DNA of 64,000 bases. It comes from Patescibacteria group bacterium. GTDB taxonomy: Bacteria; Patescibacteriota; Microgenomatia; UBA8517. Both the position numbers and the translations under genes were made by a program. The stretch lies in assembly GCA_036381415.1 (NCBI GenBank), contig DASVCV010000001.1, forward strand, positions 1,411 through 65,410. Reading direction: 5' to 3'. A model generated the notes under the pieces. The model was given only the letters and a program-made list of their open reading frames with translations, ran no database searches and was not told the origin of the DNA. Positions 47,317-57,734 of the stretch are shown one piece after another; positions within the stretch are counted from its first letter, which is position 1, and each line of letters begins with the position of its first letter.

Positions 47317-48402
47317 GTGTCTTCTGAAAATAATATAGAGAGAATAACAACAATAGGAGGAGGAACTGGAACTCCAATTGTAAATGAGGCTCTTCTAACT
47401 GCAGGTGCGGAATATATAACAAGCGTTGCTTCAACAATGGATTCAGGAGGTACAACAGGAAGAAGAAGATTAGATTCATATGGAATTGAGATTGCCCATG
47501 CTGATGCAAAAAGAATTCTAATTTCTTTAGCTGATAAGAATAATTTGACTCCTAAGCAGTATGAAGCTCTTGTTACACTTCTAACTAAAAGAGACAAAAG
47601 ACAAAAAGATTTGGGTCATGAAATAATGAGCCAACTTTTTGACGGTCATGGAAATGGATATGAAGATGCTCAAAGAATGCTTGAAAATTTAACTAATGTA
47701 GCTTTTAAAGGAAAGGTTGTTCCTGTTACCAAAGAACCAACTAACATTGTCTTTACCACAGAGGAAGGAATTACATATAAGGGTGAAGACCAGCTTGATT
47801 CTCATTATATGTCAGAAGATAAAGTTAAAGGCATGTGGCTTGAACCGTGTGCAGTTGCCTGTCCAGATGCAGTTAAGGCAATGGTTGCAGACTTTGTTGT
47901 TTTTTCTCCAGGAAGCCTGCATGGGTCAGTACTTTGCTGCCTGCTTCCTCATGGAATGAATGATGGGCTCAAAAAATCTGCAGCTTTAAAAATATATGTA
48001 ACTAATTTGGTGAGCGCACGGAATGAAACTCACCATTTTACACCCCATGATTTTGTTGAACTATTTAGACAATATAGCGGGATGGACAACCCAATTGATG
48101 TACTAATAGTTCCTCAAATGACTAGAAGAGAGTTTGAATCTAAATATCCTGATATTTCAAGAAGGTACAGCAAGGAGCACTCTCACTACCTAGGATGGGA
48201 GGATAATGTCTTGAAAAAGGCAGAAGAGGAAGATGGAGTAAGAATGGTAACCCACAAGGCAACTTCTATTGTTGAAAGAGGCCAGCAGAAAGTAATTAGA
48301 CATGACCCAAAAAAACTTTCTGAGCCTTTTAGTACACTACTTTATGAAGCAAGAAGTTTAGTAGCTGACCTTGATTCTTCCAAAGTCGAAGTAGGTAGTT
48401 GA
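47317..48402 (+). CDS. YvcK/GlmR (CofD-like, UPF0052) family protein
   Basis: IGGGTG, DSGG.TG, GE..LD, PGSL..SV, YVTNL, RHDP.KL. Confidence 0.82.
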   Translation: MSSENNIERITTIGGGTGTPIVNEALLTAGAEYITSVASTMDSGGTTGRRRLDSYGIEIAHADAKRILISLADKNNLTPKQYEALVTLLTKRDKRQKDLGHEIMSQLFDGHGNGYEDAQRMLENLTNVAFKGKVVPVTKEPTNIVFTTEEGITYKGEDQLDSHYMSEDKVKGMWLEPCAVACPDAVKAMVADFVVFSPGSLHGSVLCCLLPHGMNDGLKKSAALKIYVTNLVSARNETHHFTPHDFVELFRQYSGMDNPIDVLIVPQMTRREFESKYPDISRRYSKEHSHYLGWEDNVLKKAEEEDGVRMVTHKATSIVERGQQKVIRHDPKKLSEPFSTLLYEARSLVADLDSSKVEVGS

Positions 48403-49035
48403 TGAGTTTAGGGATTTAATCTGAACTCTATATAGATTTTTGCCAGCCCAGAAACGAAGATAGCCAGATTCTACATCAGTAGCAGTTGCAGTGTTTGTTA
48501 GATTTATTTCTGATCCATCTACTCCTATTCCATGGGTTACATCAAATAGCCTGGCATATGCAGTTCCATTACTGTTACCTACTCTTAAAACAGCATCCCA
48601 AGAAGCTGCAGCAAGGGAACCATAATCATTAGCAAAGTTTAAGTAGAAATCTGAACTTGCTACATCTGTCCAACCAGTAGCTTGAGTGCTTCCTGATACT
48701 CCAATAGGAATGTATGTAATCTTGGGAGTAGATTGGGTTGGCCTAGGGGTAGCAGTTGGAATAGGTGTGGGAGTGGGGGTTTTAGTAGCAACGGGAACAG
48801 TGGTAGCTGACTGGGATGAAACTGAAAGGGAAATTAAGTTTTGCACTTCTTCTTTTGTTACAAAGTTTGATTGAGGAGTTGGATTAGCTATGTTTTGAAA
48901 AATTGGTGAAGTGTTTGTTCCAGTTAAACTGTCTATTTTACTGTTTAAATACATAAATCCAAGGCCAAGTCCAAAGAAGCAAAAAAGAACAAAAACTATG
49001 AATATTTTTAAAAATGTTGAGGGCAGAGAATCCAT
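48358..49035 (-). CDS. Hypothetical membrane-anchored protein with P/T linker and beta domain
   Basis: TM, PTPT linker, aromatic-rich beta C-terminal domain. Confidence 0.6.
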   Translation of the reverse strand: MDSLPSTFLKIFIVFVLFCFFGLGLGFMYLNSKIDSLTGTNTSPIFQNIANPTPQSNFVTKEEVQNLISLSVSSQSATTVPVATKTPTPTPIPTATPRPTQSTPKITYIPIGVSGSTQATGWTDVASSDFYLNFANDYGSLAAASWDAVLRVGNSNGTAYARLFDVTHGIGVDGSEINLTNTATATDVESGYLRFWAGKNLYRVQIKSLNSSTTYFDFGRIKVSY

Positions 49036-49041
49036 TTTTAC

Positions 49042-50463
49042 CTACTTTTTAATTATTAGGCTACCGCCTGGTGTGTCTTTTACAGTATATCCTTTTTCTT
49101 CTATAACTTTTCTTACATCATCTGCCTTGTCAAACTCCCCTTCTTTTCTTAATTTATTTCTTTTATCAGAAAGTTCTTTTATTTCTTCAGGTATTTCTTT
49201 ATCTTCGTGCTTTGCCTCACTAAGCTTTAATCCAAAAACTTCATCAAAAGACATTATTAGATCATATTTATCAACTGATGGAATGTTACTTTTAAGAACT
49301 TCCCAGACAATTGCCAAAGCCTCTGAGGTATTAAGGTCATTTCCAATTGCATTACTAAACTTTAGCCGTAGGCTATCCATCTTTTCCTGTTTTTCAGGAG
49401 AAAGAGTTGTCCTATCAGTTTGCATTTTAAGAGCTTGCAGCTGATTCCTTAAATTAGTAAGAGCTGTTTGTGCAGATGAAAGGGATTCCCAAGTAAAATT
49501 CATTTGCTTTCTATAGTGGGAGGTTAAATATAAATACCTTAAGGCAATTGGGTCAAAACCTTTCTTTTCAACATCTTCGAGAGTTATGAAATTACCTAAG
49601 CTTTTACTCATTTTCTCTCCATCAACAAGAAGAAATCTTGTGTGCAACCAGTACCTTGCAAATGGCTTGAGACCTGTTGCACCTTCTGATTGTGCAATTT
49701 CATTTGGATGATGAATTGAAAGATGGTCTTCCCCTCCTGTATGAATATCAAATTGAGGACCAAGATATTTAATGCTCATAGCAGAACACTCTATATGCCA
49801 GCCTGGAAAACCTTCTCCATAAGAAGATGGCCAGTGCATTGAGTGGTCTTTAAATCTTCCTACTGTTTTAAACCAAAGAGCAAAATCAGCAGGATGTTTT
49901 TTATGTTTTCCTGTTTCTACTTCTTCTCTAACTGCAACTTTTTTGTCTTCCAGATTTTGTCCAAATATTTTTCCATAATCTTTAAATTTAGTCACATCAT
50001 AGTAAACTGCTTCTGGAGTGTCATAGGCATATCCTTTATCAATTAATTTTTTAATTAAATCCAACTGCTCTGGAATATGGTCAGTTGCTTTGGCAATAAC
50101 ATCAGGACGGATTATGTTTAGCTTATCCATGGAGTCATAGAAGTTTTTGGTAAAGAATTCTGCTACTTCCCAGACTGTCTTGCCAAACTTGCGTGATCCT
50201 TTTTCAAGCTTGTCTTCTCCTTCATCTCCATCTGAAACAAGGTGTCCTACATCAGTAACGTTTTGGACATGTTTTACTTTATATCCAAAATAAGTAAGAG
50301 TTCTTTTTAAAACATCATCGGTTGTATATTTTCTGCCGTGTCCAATGTGTGCAAAATCATATACTGTCATACCGCAGGTGTAGAGACCAACATTGGGAGG
50401 ATTAATTGGAGTAAATACTTCTTTTTTACGAGTTAAAGAGTTAAAAAGTGTTAGATCTGCCAT
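49042..50463 (-). CDS. cysS: Cysteine--tRNA ligase
   Basis: [34 protein letters not shown]. Confidence 0.98.
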   Translation of the reverse strand: MADLTLFNSLTRKKEVFTPINPPNVGLYTCGMTVYDFAHIGHGRKYTTDDVLKRTLTYFGYKVKHVQNVTDVGHLVSDGDEGEDKLEKGSRKFGKTVWEVAEFFTKNFYDSMDKLNIIRPDVIAKATDHIPEQLDLIKKLIDKGYAYDTPEAVYYDVTKFKDYGKIFGQNLEDKKVAVREEVETGKHKKHPADFALWFKTVGRFKDHSMHWPSSYGEGFPGWHIECSAMSIKYLGPQFDIHTGGEDHLSIHHPNEIAQSEGATGLKPFARYWLHTRFLLVDGEKMSKSLGNFITLEDVEKKGFDPIALRYLYLTSHYRKQMNFTWESLSSAQTALTNLRNQLQALKMQTDRTTLSPEKQEKMDSLRLKFSNAIGNDLNTSEALAIVWEVLKSNIPSVDKYDLIMSFDEVFGLKLSEAKHEDKEIPEEIKELSDKRNKLRKEGEFDKADDVRKVIEEKGYTVKDTPGGSLIIKK

Positions 50464-50484
50464 TTAAGATATTGTAGCACGACT

Positions 50485-50904
50485 TTAGCCTGAGGGTGGT
50501 TTTCTTTGTTCAACATTTTTTCCTCTTCCCTTTTTAAACAACTGAAGGCCTCTTTTTGGTATTGAAGTAATTTGAGGAGGAGCTTCAACAGTCATGTTTT
50601 GCTTTTTTTGAATTTCTATCTGCTCTTGCTGCACCCTTTCCTGTTCTTCTTTTTGTTTTTCATATCTAGCCATATCTTGGGCTTCTGTCTGATATGCCAT
50701 TAATCTTCTTTTAGCTCTTACTTCTTCAATTTTTGCTTTTTGTTCCTCAGCACTAGGCTTGTTTTGTCCTTCTTTTTTCTCACCCTCAGCATTAGGAGAA
50801 TATTCACCAGTTGCTGTTATTTGTTCTCCTGCCTTTTTAATAGTTTCAAGACTTTCTCTTGCAACTACTTTGGCAACTTTTTTTGGAACTTTAGTAATAT
50901 TCAT
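50485..50904 (-). CDS. Hypothetical charged coiled-coil protein
   Basis: E/K/Q-rich; ATGA overlap with recR. Confidence 0.55.
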   Translation of the reverse strand: MNITKVPKKVAKVVARESLETIKKAGEQITATGEYSPNAEGEKKEGQNKPSAEEQKAKIEEVRAKRRLMAYQTEAQDMARYEKQKEEQERVQQEQIEIQKKQNMTVEAPPQITSIPKRGLQLFKKGRGKNVEQRKPPSG

Positions 50905-51521
50905 ACTTGTCGTCTTCCATCTAGAGCTTCTCTCAGGGTTGCTTCATCAGCATATCCTAAGTCAGCTCCTGTTGGCACTCCCATTCCTAAACGAGTGATT
51001 TTTAATACTCTTCCATTTGGAGGAACTTCTTCCTTTAATTTCTTTGTAATGTACATTGCTGTTGCTTCTCCTTCCATAGTGGGATTTGTTGCAATTATTA
51101 CTTCAGTAACTACATCATCATTTTTTACTCTTTGTATTAAATCTTCTAAGTAAATTTCATCAGGACCTATGTTTTCCAAAGGATTAATTGCACCGTGAAG
51201 AACATGATACATTCCTTTGTATTTTCCTGTTTTTTCAAAAACTAAAATGTCAAAAGGTTCTTCTACTACTAGTATGGATGTTTTGTCACGGCCAGTCTCA
51301 CTACAAACCATGCAAGGGTCTTCTTCTGCCACATTTTTACAGTTGCTGCATATCACTGTAAGTTTTTTTAGGTTGGTTAAACTTTCAGAGAAAGAATCAA
51401 GCTGGGATTGAGGAACACGGATTAAATAGAATCCCAGTCTTTGAGCAGTTTTAGGACCAATACCAGGAAGCCTTTCAAATGATTCAATAACATCTGAGAG
51501 TGGTTTTGCAATCTTTGCCAT
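50901..51521 (-). CDS. recR: Recombination mediator RecR
   Basis: LPGIGPKTAQR, C4 zinc finger, Toprim YHVLHG and EGEATA. Confidence 0.97.
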   Translation of the reverse strand: MAKIAKPLSDVIESFERLPGIGPKTAQRLGFYLIRVPQSQLDSFSESLTNLKKLTVICSNCKNVAEEDPCMVCSETGRDKTSILVVEEPFDILVFEKTGKYKGMYHVLHGAINPLENIGPDEIYLEDLIQRVKNDDVVTEVIIATNPTMEGEATAMYITKKLKEEVPPNGRVLKITRLGMGVPTGADLGYADEATLREALDGRRQV

Positions 51522-51551
51522 CAAACCATTTTACCAGATTTAGCCAAAAAA

Positions 51552-52967
51552 CTACTGTGGAGTTATTTCAAAAATTGCAGCAGTATTAGGGTTCATATTT
51601 TGAAGGGTAGACCAATTGGCAGAATCAGTTGCCATTGTGAGACTTAGAGAAATTCCTCCACCATAGTCAAGTCTTCTAAATTGAAATGTTCTTAAGGCAG
51701 AGGATGCGCTGGCTTGTGGAATGTTTACAAAATTAAGAGGAACTGCTTCAGTATGACTTCCATTGGGATCATAATTTACCACAAGGGTTCTTGTTGTTTT
51801 ACCATCATTTTTAGCAAATGCTTTTACCCAGGAACCCTGTCCAATCACATTTACTTTATTTCCAATCATGTTGTTTAGAAAAGTTATAGCTGAAAAACGT
51901 GGTTTGGCAATTGGATCTCCAAATTTATCATTGGTAAAGATTCCCCATCTTCCCCAATATTGGCTTGGACCTATTCCATCTTTTATTTCAAATATGAATG
52001 TTTTATCTATTTTATCTTCAAGAACTGCAGAAGTTGCAATGGTGTGAAGTGCACTAAAGCCTGTGTCATATACTTTATCAACATCCCCATTTGGACCAAT
52101 TTCAGTAATATCTGTTTCTAAATTTGCTGCAATTGGAAAAGGAGCACTCCAGGTTTTAAAGTTTACTGCATCTTTTTCATAATCATCTAAGTTCTTTGAA
52201 TACCTATGCCAGGAAAAGAAGTCCATTCTTAGGTTGTTGTCTGATACAAACTTAAGAAGAGTTGTAACCCAGTTCTCATAAAGAGCAGTTGTAGCTGGAC
52301 CTCCAAACTTAAAAGCATTAACTGATGCCGCACGGCTTGCACCTATGGCTGAGTGGCTATACAAATCTAAATAGTTTTTACTTCCATATGTTTTGTATTT
52401 GCCAAACAGGTCTGGTTCATTCCAAACTTCATAGTAGACTCCAGAAAGATTTAAGCCTTTATTTCCACTTACATGTTCAATTGTTTTTTGCACCAAGTAT
52501 TCCCAGTCTCCCCAATTATCAGGATTTTCAGTGGTGTTGCCTGATTTATTAAATGATGGAGGCATGTATGAAAGAGACAGCATTGGTTTTGCACCCATTG
52601 CAGTGATATCTGAAATTGTCTGGTCAAGCTTTGTAAAATCAAAAACTACTTGCCCATTTTCTTTTTTGACAGTTCCATAGTAATCAAAAATGTGGTCAAG
52701 ACGCACATATTTTGGCCTTAATGGTTTTACCTTTGCTATGACTGAGGCCAGCATTCGTCCATTTTCTTCTCCACCTTGAGCCAGGTTTTGCCAAACAAGT
52801 GGGCTTCTTGAGTAGGAGGCAGACATATCAATAATTAGGTTGGCTGGAGTTCCAGAGGCACGGCCAAAAAATCCCGTGACACGGCCAACAAGATACACAC
52901 TTACTGGAACACCTAGAAGTAAGACAAGAAGGAAAAGAATCTGGGAAAGTTTGGGCCTGGTGTTCAT
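51552..52967 (-). CDS. Membrane-anchored GH39-like glycoside hydrolase
   Basis: VRLDH, LSYMP, YEVWNEPD, GGPA, DFFSWHRY, ITE. Confidence 0.82.
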   Translation of the reverse strand: MNTRPKLSQILFLLVLLLGVPVSVYLVGRVTGFFGRASGTPANLIIDMSASYSRSPLVWQNLAQGGEENGRMLASVIAKVKPLRPKYVRLDHIFDYYGTVKKENGQVVFDFTKLDQTISDITAMGAKPMLSLSYMPPSFNKSGNTTENPDNWGDWEYLVQKTIEHVSGNKGLNLSGVYYEVWNEPDLFGKYKTYGSKNYLDLYSHSAIGASRAASVNAFKFGGPATTALYENWVTTLLKFVSDNNLRMDFFSWHRYSKNLDDYEKDAVNFKTWSAPFPIAANLETDITEIGPNGDVDKVYDTGFSALHTIATSAVLEDKIDKTFIFEIKDGIGPSQYWGRWGIFTNDKFGDPIAKPRFSAITFLNNMIGNKVNVIGQGSWVKAFAKNDGKTTRTLVVNYDPNGSHTEAVPLNFVNIPQASASSALRTFQFRRLDYGGGISLSLTMATDSANWSTLQNMNPNTAAIFEITPQ

Positions 52968-53013
52968 CTTTTAATCAGTATACATGAACTGCCTTAGGTA
53001 GAAAAAGAAGAAA

Positions 53014-53295
53014 TTAAAAACCTTTTAGAAGAGATCCAAGTCCACCTTCTTCAACCATTTTCTTGGCTGCAGTTTTTTGGACTTTTTCTAAAGCTTCATT
53101 AATAGTTTTAACTAGTTCAGGCTGGGGTTCCCCATTTATTTCAATGTAATCAATTCTTTGGTCTCCTCTTGCTTTTACTGTGTAGTCTCCTTTTTTTAAT
53201 GTCTCTGCAACTTCCTTGAGTTTTTTCTGCATCTCAAGAGCTTCAGATCTCATTTTCCTTAAATCATTTAGTTGTTTTAATTTATCAAATGCCAT
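53014..53295 (-). CDS. ybaB: YbaB/EbfC nucleoid-associated protein (short)
   Basis: A..MQKKL, V...GDQ.I..I.I, INEAL; directly downstream of dnaX. Confidence 0.8.
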   Translation of the reverse strand: MAFDKLKQLNDLRKMRSEALEMQKKLKEVAETLKKGDYTVKARGDQRIDYIEINGEPQPELVKTINEALEKVQKTAAKKMVEEGGLGSLLKGF

Positions 53296-53310
53296 AATTT
53301 TATTTTAATA

Positions 53311-54864
53311 TCAGCTGCCAAAGATTTCGCGAGCTGCGTCAATTATATCTTTGTCTTGGGTCTTGGTCAATAAATCTGGCTTTTTAGGAAGTGCTGGATT
53401 GTTTTTTCTCTCAGTTAATTTGTAACTTACTTTTATAAGAGGCTTTCCAAAAGTAATACATAATACATCTTCTAAGGTTTTCCTGTTCTGAAGCACCTCA
53501 AGGCGTTCTTTGTGAAACTGATAGTAGACACCTAATGTGAGTGTTTGGCCGTCAAAACCAATTGGGTGTGCTGCTCTAAGAAGTGCTTCTATTGAAGTGT
53601 TTTTAGTTCTTACATTCTCCAATATTTTGTGCCAGACATCATCTCCTACTTCATCTCCTACCGCAATATCTTTATTAGGAAGATTTAAGTCAGGAACTTG
53701 AGGCTTTTCTTTCTCAATCTGTTTTAACTCATCTTCTAATTCTTTTTTTTTACTAATTTGTGAAGAGGCACTATCTATATTGATTGTTACTTTTTGCACT
53801 ATTTCTTCTTTAGGCTCTTCTTTTTTTGAAAGAGCTTGGGGAGACTTAGGAAGAGGATCTGCCTCACTGCACCACTTTATAACAGCAACTTCTAATGGGA
53901 GCTGCTCAATGGGAGTGACATGAAGATCTCTTTTGGCATCATAAAGAAGTTTTGTTAAAGATAGAAATTCACTTACTCCAACTCCATTCTTGGCAAGTAT
54001 TTCTTCATGAAGTTTGGCAATTAATAAATCCATGAAGTTTCTAATGGAGCCACCAGTTGCTGCAATCTGCTCTATTTTTTCAATAGCCAGCTTGGTGTTT
54101 TTAGAAGATATAATTTCTAAAAAGTCAGAAGGTGAAAGAACTTTGTTTCTTACAATATAATCCTGGGCTATTTTTATGTCTATTGAATCTGTTTGAGAAG
54201 AAAGCTGCTCCAAGATTTTTATTGCATCTCTAAAAGAGCCATCTGCTGCTTTTGCTATTACTTCAACAACCCCCTCATCTGCTTTTAGTTTTTCCCCCAC
54301 TACTACTTTTTTAAGCTTGTTTGCAATTTCAGCTTGTCCTGCTTTTTCAAAAACAACTGTTGAAAGACGAGATGTAACTGTTGCTGGAAGCTTTTCCGGG
54401 TTAGTTGTTGCCAGTATAAATATGACATGGGCTGGAGGCTCTTCTAAGGTTTTTAGGAAGGCATTGGAAGCTTCAGTTGTTAACATGTGAGCTTCATCAA
54501 TAATGTAAATTTTTTTCTTTCCAGCAACAGGAGAAAGAATTATATTGTCTTTTAATGCTCTTACATCATCAATCCCACGATTGGATGCGGCATCTAATTC
54601 AATTACATCCATATTAGAGCCATTTGTGGTAGAGGTACATTGATTGCATTTGTTGCATGGCTCATTTTCTTTAGCAGGTTTTTCACAATTAATTAATTTT
54701 GCCAGTATTCTTGCTGCTGAAGTTTTACCTGTTCCTTTTGGTCCTGCAAAAAGGAATGCGTGAGGAAGATTATTACCACTAACAATTTTTTTTAAGGTGG
54801 TTCTGACTTTTTCTGAGTCTAGGTCACCAATTGTCTGCGGGCGGTATTTTAAATAAAGTGTCAT
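53311..54864 (-). CDS. dnaX: DNA polymerase III subunit gamma/tau
   Basis: KYRPQ, GPKGTGKT, ELDAASNRG, IIDEAH, LKTLEEPP. Confidence 0.97.
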   Translation of the reverse strand: MTLYLKYRPQTIGDLDSEKVRTTLKKIVSGNNLPHAFLFAGPKGTGKTSAARILAKLINCEKPAKENEPCNKCNQCTSTTNGSNMDVIELDAASNRGIDDVRALKDNIILSPVAGKKKIYIIDEAHMLTTEASNAFLKTLEEPPAHVIFILATTNPEKLPATVTSRLSTVVFEKAGQAEIANKLKKVVVGEKLKADEGVVEVIAKAADGSFRDAIKILEQLSSQTDSIDIKIAQDYIVRNKVLSPSDFLEIISSKNTKLAIEKIEQIAATGGSIRNFMDLLIAKLHEEILAKNGVGVSEFLSLTKLLYDAKRDLHVTPIEQLPLEVAVIKWCSEADPLPKSPQALSKKEEPKEEIVQKVTINIDSASSQISKKKELEDELKQIEKEKPQVPDLNLPNKDIAVGDEVGDDVWHKILENVRTKNTSIEALLRAAHPIGFDGQTLTLGVYYQFHKERLEVLQNRKTLEDVLCITFGKPLIKVSYKLTERKNNPALPKKPDLLTKTQDKDIIDAAREIFGS

Positions 54865-54866
54865 AT

Positions 54867-55268
54867 TTAATCATGATGAATACCAACTAAATGCAGTGCT
54901 CCATGTTGGGCAAGATCTGAAATAACTTCATTTATTAATTTGCCTGTTTCTCTTGATCTTTCTACTGCCTGAGGATATGAAATGATAATTTCACCTAAGT
55001 GGAGTTTTCCATCTGGAGGAAAAACAAATGGGCCAGATGGGGTTTGGGAATTTTCAGTTTCTGGGAAAGTAAAAACAGGATGCATATATTCTTCATCCTT
55101 GTAGTAATTTTTATTTAATTCATCCATTTTTGCATCTGAAACTATTGCTACTTCTACAACACAGTCAGAAACTATTCCATTTTCAACAAGAGTCTTTTTG
55201 ACAACCTTTTTAATTTCAGCTGCACTTACTGGATAATCTGATTGTTTAAAGACAGTAATATCAATCAT
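54867..55268 (-). CDS. ybeY: rRNA maturation RNase YbeY
   Basis: LN..Y, LGEIIISY.QA, HGALHLVGIHH; start is either ATG 55268 or TTG 55286. Confidence 0.85.
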   Translation of the reverse strand: MIDITVFKQSDYPVSAAEIKKVVKKTLVENGIVSDCVVEVAIVSDAKMDELNKNYYKDEEYMHPVFTFPETENSQTPSGPFVFPPDGKLHLGEIIISYPQAVERSRETGKLINEVISDLAQHGALHLVGIHHD

Positions 55269-55296
55269 AATTGTAAATTGTGACAAGCTTTGCTTA

Positions 55297-55761
55297 TCAT
55301 TGTTTTAATAACTTTGTCTTAACCATTTGAGAAACTCTTCCACCTTCTACACTACCCTTTGCCTTGCCCATTACTATTCCAATTACTTTACCCATATCTG
55401 ACATCTGAGAAGCACTGGTTGTTTTAATTGCATCATCAACCATTTTTGCGAGTTCCTCATCACTTAATTGTTTTGGGAGATATTCTTCCAAAACTTTTAA
55501 CTCTTTTTCTTCATTCTCTCTTTTTTCTTTTGCTCTACCAATTCCTTCTCCAGTCACTTTTGAATATGCTTCAATTGCATCTTTTCTTTTTTTTGCTTCC
55601 CGCTTAATAACATCAATTTCTTCATCCGCAGTTAAGACATGCTGCTTTGCAATCCTTTCATAGTTGAAGGCTGATTCAAGCATTCTTAATGTGGAAAGCC
55701 TTACCTTATCATCTGCTTTAAGGGCAAGACCTATCAGTTCCTGCATTTTATTTGAAATCAT
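55297..55761 (-). CDS. GatB/YqeY domain protein
   Basis: ALKA.D..RL..LR, E.KKR.DA...Y, YLPKQLS, DMGKVIG. Confidence 0.93.
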   Translation of the reverse strand: MISNKMQELIGLALKADDKVRLSTLRMLESAFNYERIAKQHVLTADEEIDVIKREAKKRKDAIEAYSKVTGEGIGRAKEKRENEEKELKVLEEYLPKQLSDEELAKMVDDAIKTTSASQMSDMGKVIGIVMGKAKGSVEGGRVSQMVKTKLLKQ

Positions 55762-55765
55762 AATA

Positions 55766-56086
55766 TTAATAACCTTCCTGTCTATTTATTTTATCTACAA
55801 AGTGAACATGCATGTGTTTAACAAGCGCTCTTTCTCCGGTGTTTGTTACAAGAGAAAAACCATCTAATTCATTTTGCTTTTCCAAAACTAAAGCAATATC
55901 TTGGACTTCGGACCATATCTCTTTTGGAGCAGTACGCAAATCTTCAATATGGGTTTTAGGAACAATTAGAAGGTGGATGTTTGACTTAGGATGTGCATCT
56001 TTAAAAACCAAGAAATTTGGTGTTTCATGCACAATATCTGAGTCAATTTCTCTTTTTACAATTTTACAGAAGATGCAATCATTCAT
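55766..56086 (-). CDS. HIT family nucleotide-binding protein
   Basis: MNDCIFCKI, D.HP...H.LIVPK.H, HMHVH. Confidence 0.92.
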   Translation of the reverse strand: MNDCIFCKIVKREIDSDIVHETPNFLVFKDAHPKSNIHLLIVPKTHIEDLRTAPKEIWSEVQDIALVLEKQNELDGFSLVTNTGERALVKHMHVHFVDKINRQEGY

Positions 56087-56167
56087 AGTGAAGATAGTAT
56101 AGATTGATGGTCCATTTGTATCAATAAGACAAACTATGTCTTCAGTCTTGCTGTAAGTCAAAACAGG

Positions 56168-56605
56168 TCAAAATCCAAGCCAGCCAAAATCATCATAGTC
56201 ATCATCACTGCTTTGGTCTACTGGTATTTGAGCCATTTCATTAGCAGGGGTAATACTTTCAGGACAACCCTCATACCCTACAACTCTTCCTCTTCCAGTT
56301 TTATCAAATACTAAGTGGTATAAGTACCACTGTCTTACTCTTACATCTGGTATAAAGCTTGAAACTAGATCATTGGCATCTTTAACTGCTCTTTTTGCAC
56401 AATTAAGGCATCCACAGCCTTCTAAAGAACCATATTTTTCTTTTTCAGCTTTTCTAATAATTTCAAGCTCACTATCTGAAAGACCAATATTTTTGAAGAA
56501 GCCTACTTTTTTCTCTATCTGTTCCTGTCTTTCCTCTTCATTAACTTTTCTGGCATCTATAAACTTAGGCGTTTTAACTTGTGATTCCAGAATTTGCTCA
56601 ACCAT
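56168..56605 (-). CDS. Hypothetical protein with CxCxxC motif
   Basis: GCGCLNC; acidic tail; TACAAT 7 nt before ATG. Confidence 0.55.
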   Translation of the reverse strand: MVEQILESQVKTPKFIDARKVNEEERQEQIEKKVGFFKNIGLSDSELEIIRKAEKEKYGSLEGCGCLNCAKRAVKDANDLVSSFIPDVRVRQWYLYHLVFDKTGRGRVVGYEGCPESITPANEMAQIPVDQSSDDDYDDFGWLGF

Positions 56606-56659
56606 TTGGAATATTGTAGTACAAATGTAAAGAAAAGTTAAAAATTTAGAGGGTTTAGA

Positions 56660-56854
56660 TCAAATTAACTTTTCTGATCTGGAAGGTTTGCTTTTACTTT
56701 TTGTTTTTATTTCTTCCTGGGCAGCTTCCATTGTTTCAAGCCTGTCAACAATTATATTTGAGGCCTCTGCTAAAGTTACCGGCCTTTTTTGTAAAGCAAC
56801 CATCATATCTCGTGCTTTTTTTATTGTTTCCTCCTCTATTCTTTCTTGAGTCAT
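56660..56854 (-). CDS. Hypothetical small protein
   Basis: 64 aa; TGCTACCAT 6 nt before ATG 56854. Confidence 0.5.
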   Translation of the reverse strand: MTQERIEEETIKKARDMMVALQKRPVTLAEASNIIVDRLETMEAAQEEIKTKSKSKPSRSEKLI

Positions 56855-56958
56855 TAAAGAATGGTAGCATTTAACTGTAGGGCTTACAATATAATAATTA
56901 AGGGAAAACAAAAGATTTTCTTACTGAATGTTCACAAATTTGGTATATTATTAGATAC

Positions 56959-57360
56959 ATGTCTGAGAGAGTTAAAAATTCCATCAGTTTAATAAATTCT
57001 GCAAGCAACCCTACTTTTTCAGGAACTATAAAAGTAGAAGGCAAGAAGGTTTACATTTCTGGATACAGAATAGATAAATTAGGATTGGACCCCAAAGAGG
57101 CTTCGTGCAACTTTGCCGCAAAACCAGAAGGAAAAGGTGAAGCTTCACAATTGAGTAGGTCTTGGCTTAAAAAGCATGAAGGAAAACAGCTTACATTAAC
57201 ATTTCACTATGTAGACGGAACAGGTCCTATGATTGGGGGTATTGGAACAATTTTTAAAGGAATGGTTTATAAAAAAGGAGAAGGTAACGAAGAACACAAC
57301 GCGCAAGTCAAGGATCTAAATAAATATTCTACAGTTATATTTAGATCACCTTTTAAATAA
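56959..57360 (+). CDS. Hypothetical protein
   Basis: 133 aa; -10 element just upstream of ATG. Confidence 0.55.
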   Translation: MSERVKNSISLINSASNPTFSGTIKVEGKKVYISGYRIDKLGLDPKEASCNFAAKPEGKGEASQLSRSWLKKHEGKQLTLTFHYVDGTGPMIGGIGTIFKGMVYKKGEGNEEHNAQVKDLNKYSTVIFRSPFK

Positions 57361-57364
57361 AATC

Positions 57365-57733
57365 TTATTCTTTTGTAGGGATTTCAACTTCAGGAGGATT
57401 AAAAGTTAATCCAAATGATTGAGCTTTTTTCTCAAATCTTTCAACTTTATTTTCTGGAAGAAGAGGCTCTCCTCTTTTTTCAGCCTTTTCTTTTACTTGT
57501 TCAACCACATGAGGAAACTTGTTTTTTAGTTTTTTTAAATCATCATCTGCTCCGCGGTATTTTGCTTCTTCCATTCTTGCAAAAAGACCTATAAAAAGTT
57601 GAACTGGAGTAACACCGTTTTTCCTCTTAGCAGCCAACTCTTCATCATGAGGCTCTAAATTTAGTTCATCATCAAAAGTAGTTTTTGGCATATGCCATTC
57701 TTCTTTAGCTACTTCTGAAATGTTGTCTGCCAT
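57365..57733 (-). CDS. Hypothetical protein ending EVEIPTKE
   Basis: ATG 57733 lies 1 nt after the upstream gene's stop. Confidence 0.6.
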   Translation of the reverse strand: MADNISEVAKEEWHMPKTTFDDELNLEPHDEELAAKRKNGVTPVQLFIGLFARMEEAKYRGADDDLKKLKNKFPHVVEQVKEKAEKRGEPLLPENKVERFEKKAQSFGLTFNPPEVEIPTKE

Positions 57734-57734
57734 T

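Noticed and set aside
47219-47509. N-terminal extension of the HAD ORF (likewise the yebC, tgt, HIT, doxX and rpmE extensions)
   Set aside because: The extensions overlap other genes or promoters; family motifs and -10 spacing point to downstream starts
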